Notes under the pieces: model-generated
What the model was told of the DNA's origin: nothing
Seen by the model: the letters and a program-made list of their open reading frames with translations, nothing else
The model's database searches: none
Made by a program: the position numbers and the translations under genes
Shown: one piece after another, positions 59,366 to 64,000 of the stretch
Position numbering within the stretch: position 1 is the first letter of the stretch
Layout: every line of letters begins with the position of its first letter
From: Scenedesmus sp. PABB004
Taxonomy: Eukaryota
NCBI GenBank assembly: GCA_014905635.1
Contig: JABVCE010000007.1
Span: forward strand, 310,001-374,000
DNA length: 64,000 nucleotides
Reading direction: 5' to 3'

Positions 59366-59402
59366 CTAACTCTCGCCGCGACCGCCGCCGCCGCCGCGAC
59401 CA

Positions 59403-59447
<45 letters not shown>

Positions 59448-62414
59448 AGCGCCTTGCTGCCCGCCGGCGGCGCCGCCGGCGCGGGCGCGTCGGCGCCGCC
59501 GCCCGCGGCGCCAAAGCCGGCCTTGAGGCGCTCGAACACGCCGTGCACGAGCTTGCCGCGCTGCGCCGCGGCGAGCCGCGCCGCCGACGCGCCGCCGGGC
59601 GCGCCGTCACCCCAGTCGACGGCGTCGTAGCGCCGGCGCAGGCCCTCGAACGACGCCGCGTCGGCGCCGTCGCCAAACGCGGCGAGGCTGGGCGGGCTCG
59701 CGAGCAGCGCGCGCACAAAGGACGCGATGTCGTGCCCCGTCACGCCCCGGATCATCTCCTCGTACTCGCGCACCCCCACCCTGCGGGCCCGCCCCGCGGC
59801 GGCGGCGTGCGGCGCGGCGCTCAGCTGGCCGCGCGGCGCTGCGCGCGCGGCGCTGAGCGCGCATCGGCGGCGCGCGGGGTGCGACTCGGGCGCGCCGCGG
59901 GCGGGCGCCGGCGCGGCGCGCCTGTGTCCGTAGGTGAGGAACTGCCGCCCGATGTCCTCCGCGCGCGCGGCCTTGCCCTCGAGCGCGTTCTGGATGAGGC
60001 TCACCGCCATGGCCTTGGCGCGCTCGAGCTGCTCGCCCGGCGGCGGCCGCGCGAGCGACTCGAGCTCCGCTGCGGCGCGCGGCGGCTCGCCATGGGCGGC
60101 GGCGGCACGTGGGCGGCGGCGGCGCGTGGGCGGCGGCGGCGCGCAGGCCACGGCGGCGTGCAGGCGGCGGTGCGCGGGCGGCGGTGCGCGGGCGGCGGCG
60201 GGCGGCGTGCGCCCTCACCGCACATGACGTCGAGCATGTGCGTGGCCTTGTGGGGGTCGCAGCTCGCCTGGATGCCCATGAGCCCGCTGTTGTTGAGCGT
60301 GTTGGAGTAGCTGCTGCAGCTGTGGACCCAGTGGTGGTAGTTGAGCACGCGCGTGTAGAGCCTGCAGGCGCACCACGGCGGCGGCCGCGGCGGCCGCGGC
60401 GGCGGTCGCGGCGCGCGCCGGCGGCATGCAGCCGCACGGCGGCGGCTCTGCGCCGGCGCGGGCGGCCTGCCCGCGCGGGCCCCCGCGCGCGCCCCCGCGC
60501 GCCTGCTGTGCATGCCCTTGCCGGGGCCGCCGCTGCTGAAGCTGTTGCCGCCGCCCAGCAGGTAGGTCAGCACCGTCATCACCACAGACCCCTGCCGGCA
60601 GGAGGGGGGGGGGGGGCGAGGCAGGCGTCGGCCGCGCGTCGGCGCGTGCACGCGCCGCGGCGCCGCCGGCAGCCAGCGGCGACGGCGCCAGCACGCGCGG
60701 TGCGGCGCGCCGCGCGCCTGGATGTCGCGCCAGCCGCCCTTGTATTCAAACGCCAGGATGAGGTTGGCGTGCGGCGCGGAGCCGGGCAGCAGCACGTGCC
60801 CGCCGACGTACCGGCTCGCCGGCTCCGCGGCGCCGCTGCCGTCGCACCGCCCCGCGGGCAGGCCCTCCAGCATCGGCGCGGCGAGGTCGACGAGCTGCTG
60901 GTGCTCCAGCCCCGCGCCCGCGAGCACCAGCCGCTTGCCTGCCCCCGGCGCGGCGGCGGCGGCGGGGCGGTCTCGGCCGCCGCCGCGCGCGCCGCGCGGG
61001 CGCCGCGCCGGCCGGTGCGCCCGCGCCCGCGCGCCCCACAGCGCCCCACAGCGCCCGCGCGCCGGCCGGTGCGCCCGCGCCCGCGCGCCCCACAGCGCCC
61101 CACAGCGCCCGCGCGCCGGCGCACCGGTGTAGTTGGCGGCCACGAAGCCGGCCAGCGTGGCGGGCGTGATGTGGTGCAGCGCGTCGGGGTCGGGGATGAG
61201 CGGGTACGACAGCGCGCCCTCGTACGCCTGCCGCACCAGGTGCTGCGCGCGGGCGCGCGGCGCGCGCGGGGCGCGGAGTGGTTGGAGCGCGGGGCTGGAG
61301 CGTGCGCCGGCCGCGGCGGCGGCGCGCGCGCGCGCGCGCGCCGCCGCCGCAGCACACGCGCCGCGCACCTCTGTGAGCAGCGTGAGCTGCACGTCGGGGC
61401 TGCCGAGCAGCATGCGCAGGCGCGCCTTCTGCTCCTCAATCTCGTCGCCCTCCAGCGCGGGGTTGACCACGCAGTCGGCGAGCAGCTCGAGCGCGGCGGG
61501 CACGTGGCTGCGCAGGCAGTCGATTGTGTAGCTCATCTGCTCGCGCGAGCCGTTGGCCGCGACGTTGGCGCCCAGCAGCTCCACCTGCGCATGCGTGAGC
61601 GCGGCGCGCGCGCGCGTGTCAGACGCGCCCACCGCGGGCCGCCAGCGCCCGCCCGGCGTCCGCGGCGCCGCCGCCGCTGCTCTCTGCTTCTGCTGCGCGC
61701 CGCACCTCCTTCATCACGCGCAGCGTGTCCCTGTGCCGCGTGGCCTTGAAGGCCAGGCACTCCAGCAGCGCCGTCGCGCCTGCGCCGCGTCGACGCCGCG
61801 GCACGCAGCGGCGGCGGCGGCGGCGGCCGTCGGCGGCGGGCCGCGTGCGCGCGGAGGCGGCCGCCGCTGCCTGGCACCAGGCCGCGCGGGCGCGTTCGCC
61901 CCGCGCCATGCGCGCGCACCCGTGGTCTGCGCGTCCTCGTTTATGCTGCCGCTGTTGACGTAGATGCCCATGCTCGCGGTGGGGCCCTGCGCCGCGCCCC
62001 GGCGCGGCGCCAGGCGGGGTCGGCGGCAGCGGCGCGGGAGCAGCGCCGGCACCGCGCCCGGCGCGCCGCGCCCGACGGCGCCCGGCCGGCCGCCGCCGCC
62101 GGCCGGTTGCGCGGCGGCGCGGTGGGCCCGCCCCCTCGCCGGCGGGCGCGCACCATGGAGGCCTCGCTGACGATCCTGACGCCGTTGGAGAGCGTGGTGA
62201 CCTCGGTCGGCGGCTGCTCCCGCGGCGCCGCGAAGCCGGGGCACGCCTCCAGCCCGGGCAGCGGTCGCGTCAGGGGCGTGGCCACGCGCTCGGGGCCGCC
62301 CGCCAGCCAGGACGGCCAGGGCGCGGCGCCAGCGGCCGGGCCGGGCGCGCCGCTGCTGCTGTAGCCCCGGCCGGCGCGCAGCAGGCGCGCGCCCGCCGCG
62401 GCGAGGCACCGCAT
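59366..62414 (-). CDS. MPPA: Mitochondrial processing peptidase alpha subunit (M16 family)
   Basis: TTLSNGVRIVSE, SREQMSYTID, Gly-rich loop LLGGGNSFSSGGPGKGMHSR/LY, EDIGRQFLTYG; no HxxEH motif; 10 exons. Confidence 0.95.
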
Positions 62415-62776
62415 GGCGGCCGAGCCTGATCCCACACGCGCGGCCCCTGCCGGCACGCGCAGCGGCCGCGGGCGCGCGAAGCGGCCGGCGCCCGACAGGC
62501 GCAGCGATCGAGGTCGGCGGGAGACGCGGGACGGCCGATCAAGAGACGCCGCGAGCTGTGACCGAGCGCAGGGGGCACGCGGGTTGTCAGGGCGTCACAT
62601 CGCGCCGCGCCGGCGAGCCGTCTCCCCGCCCGCTGGGCGCGTCCATTGCTCCTCCCCGCCATTCCCCGCTCCCGCCGGTGCTCCTGCCAAGTCCCTACGC
62701 GCCCGCGCCGCATCGTGCGCGGCCCGCAGCCTCCGGCGCGCGGCGCAGCAGCGGCGGCGGCGCGCCGTCTGGCGCG

Positions 62777-64000
62777 ATGCCGAACGCCCTGGACTTCATC
62801 CAGGGCGTGGCCCTGCTGCCCTGGGAGCTGAACAACCTGGGCGCCGTCTTCGGCGCGCGGCGGGACAAGGCGCAGTGCGTGGCGAGCCGCGCGCGCGTGG
62901 TGCTGCGCCGCGGCGGCGGCGACGACGGCGCCGCCGCCGCGCCGCCCGACGGCGGCGGCCCCGCGTACGGCAACGTGATGGAAGCCCTCGGCGACGTGGG
63001 GTTCAACCTGCGCTCCGGCGAGGCGGCGTTCCACGTCGGCGCGTCCAACCTGAGCCTCCGCGCGGGCGCCGACGCGCCGCTGCGCGCGACGTCGGCCGTC
63101 GGCGGCACGCTCGCGAGCCTCAAGCTCGCGTACGCCCAGGAGGTCGCGGAGGACCGCTTCGTGGGCCTCTCCTACGACTTTGGGCAGCGCAAGCCCGAGC
63201 TCAGCCTCGCGTGGGCGGGCGACGCGCTCACGGAGCAGGCGAGCCTCGCGCTCACGCTCGACCCGGTCGACCGCGCGGCGCGGCTGCGCGCGGGCGTGAC
63301 CTTCCCCGGCCCCGAGTGGCGCCGCGACGCGTGGGACCTCGCCAGCCGCAGCCTGCAGCTGGTGCCGGTGCGTGCGCGCGCGGCGCGCGGCGCGCAGCGC
63401 GCGGCGCGGCGCGGCGGGGGGACGGGCGGCGGCGGCGGCCCCGGCGGCGCAGCGGCGGCGGGTGCCGCGCCGCGCCGCCGCTCGCTGCTCAGCGCGCTGA
63501 CCCCGCGCGCGCGCGCGCGGCCCCGCAGGTCGAGCGCGGCAGCCGGCACACGGTGTGGGTGCAGCACGAGGCGCGGCGCGGCGACCTGCTCGCGTCGACG
63601 CAGCTCGGCGCGCGCCTCGACGTCGGGCGGCTCGCCAACCTCGCCGGCGGCTTCGTCGACCGCCAGATCGAGCCGCGCGTGCCGCTGCTGCTGTGGCGGC
63701 TGCCGTTTGCGCAGCGCCTGTACCGCCTGGCCGTGCCGGCGGAGGACGCGGACCAGCTGCGCTACCGGATCAAGGGCTGGGCCGCCGAGCTCAGCCACGA
63801 CTTTGACCGCGCGGGGCCGACGGTCGGGCTGAGCAAGCAGCTCGGCGCCGGCGACACGCGGCTCGCCGCGAGCTACGACACGGCGAGCGCGACCGCGGGC
63901 GTGGAGCTGCGCGGCCGCTGGCTCGCCGCGGCGGCGCGGCTCACGCGGCAGGAGGACGGCGGCTGGCGCAGCCCGAGCGTGCAGCTGCTGGTCCAGCCGC
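62777..64000 (+). CDS. Hypothetical protein with amphipathic beta-strand pattern (possible outer-membrane beta-barrel); runs off the window
   Basis: ASLKLAYAQEV, FVGLSYDFG, PELSLAW, WAAELSHDF, TRLAASYD; intron about 63368-63528. Confidence 0.5.

Noticed and set aside
59406..59445. (CTG)n tract read as a poly-Cys ORF
   Set aside because: It is the antisense of the poly-Ser tail of MPP-alpha
1..64000. Hundreds of long overlapping Arg/Ala/Pro/Gly-rich ORFs on both strands (e.g. 18271-21249 minus, 48237-50888 minus, 24385-26211 plus)
   Set aside because: Expected from stop-codon scarcity at very high GC; they are shadows of real exons or read-through of introns and have no domain motifs
1..64000. 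tRNA, rRNA or snoRNA genes
   Set aside because: None recognisable by eye; a covariance-model search was not possible

Overview
Eukaryotic nuclear DNA: extremely GC-rich, gene-dense and intron-rich. Introns are mostly about 70-300 nt with GTGCG/GTGAG...CAG ends, and TGTAA poly(A) signals are present, which points to a chlorophyte green alga (probably Chlorophyceae/Sphaeropleales; inference). Most ORFs in the supplied track are artefacts of stop-codon scarcity, so I rebuilt about 26 spliced genes by hand. They encode two putative thylakoid-lumen proteins, a C2 protein, ClpS-like, GNAT, LRR, GDPD, tandem-USP, a large zinc-finger protein, two secreted Gly-rich proteins, a truncated TilS, RPS6, mitochondrial uL11, ELMOD, RlmL-like THUMP methyltransferase, KCS, dienelactone hydrolase, CDPK, ARMC2, a PLP aminotransferase, Nit1, a THI5/NMT1-like protein, MPP-alpha and two partial genes at the edges. 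Most notable: (1) two equal-length (49 nt), apparently mutually exclusive exons in the KCS gene, with a branch-point motif overlapping the first donor; (2) a secreted, silk-like polyprotein with repeated G-R-K/G-R-R sites that could release Trp-amidated peptides; (3) a near-identical ~665-bp inverted duplication bracketing three genes, consistent with a staggered-break inversion; (4) many GC-AG introns. Gene coordinates span first to last coding base including introns and come from manual reading only.
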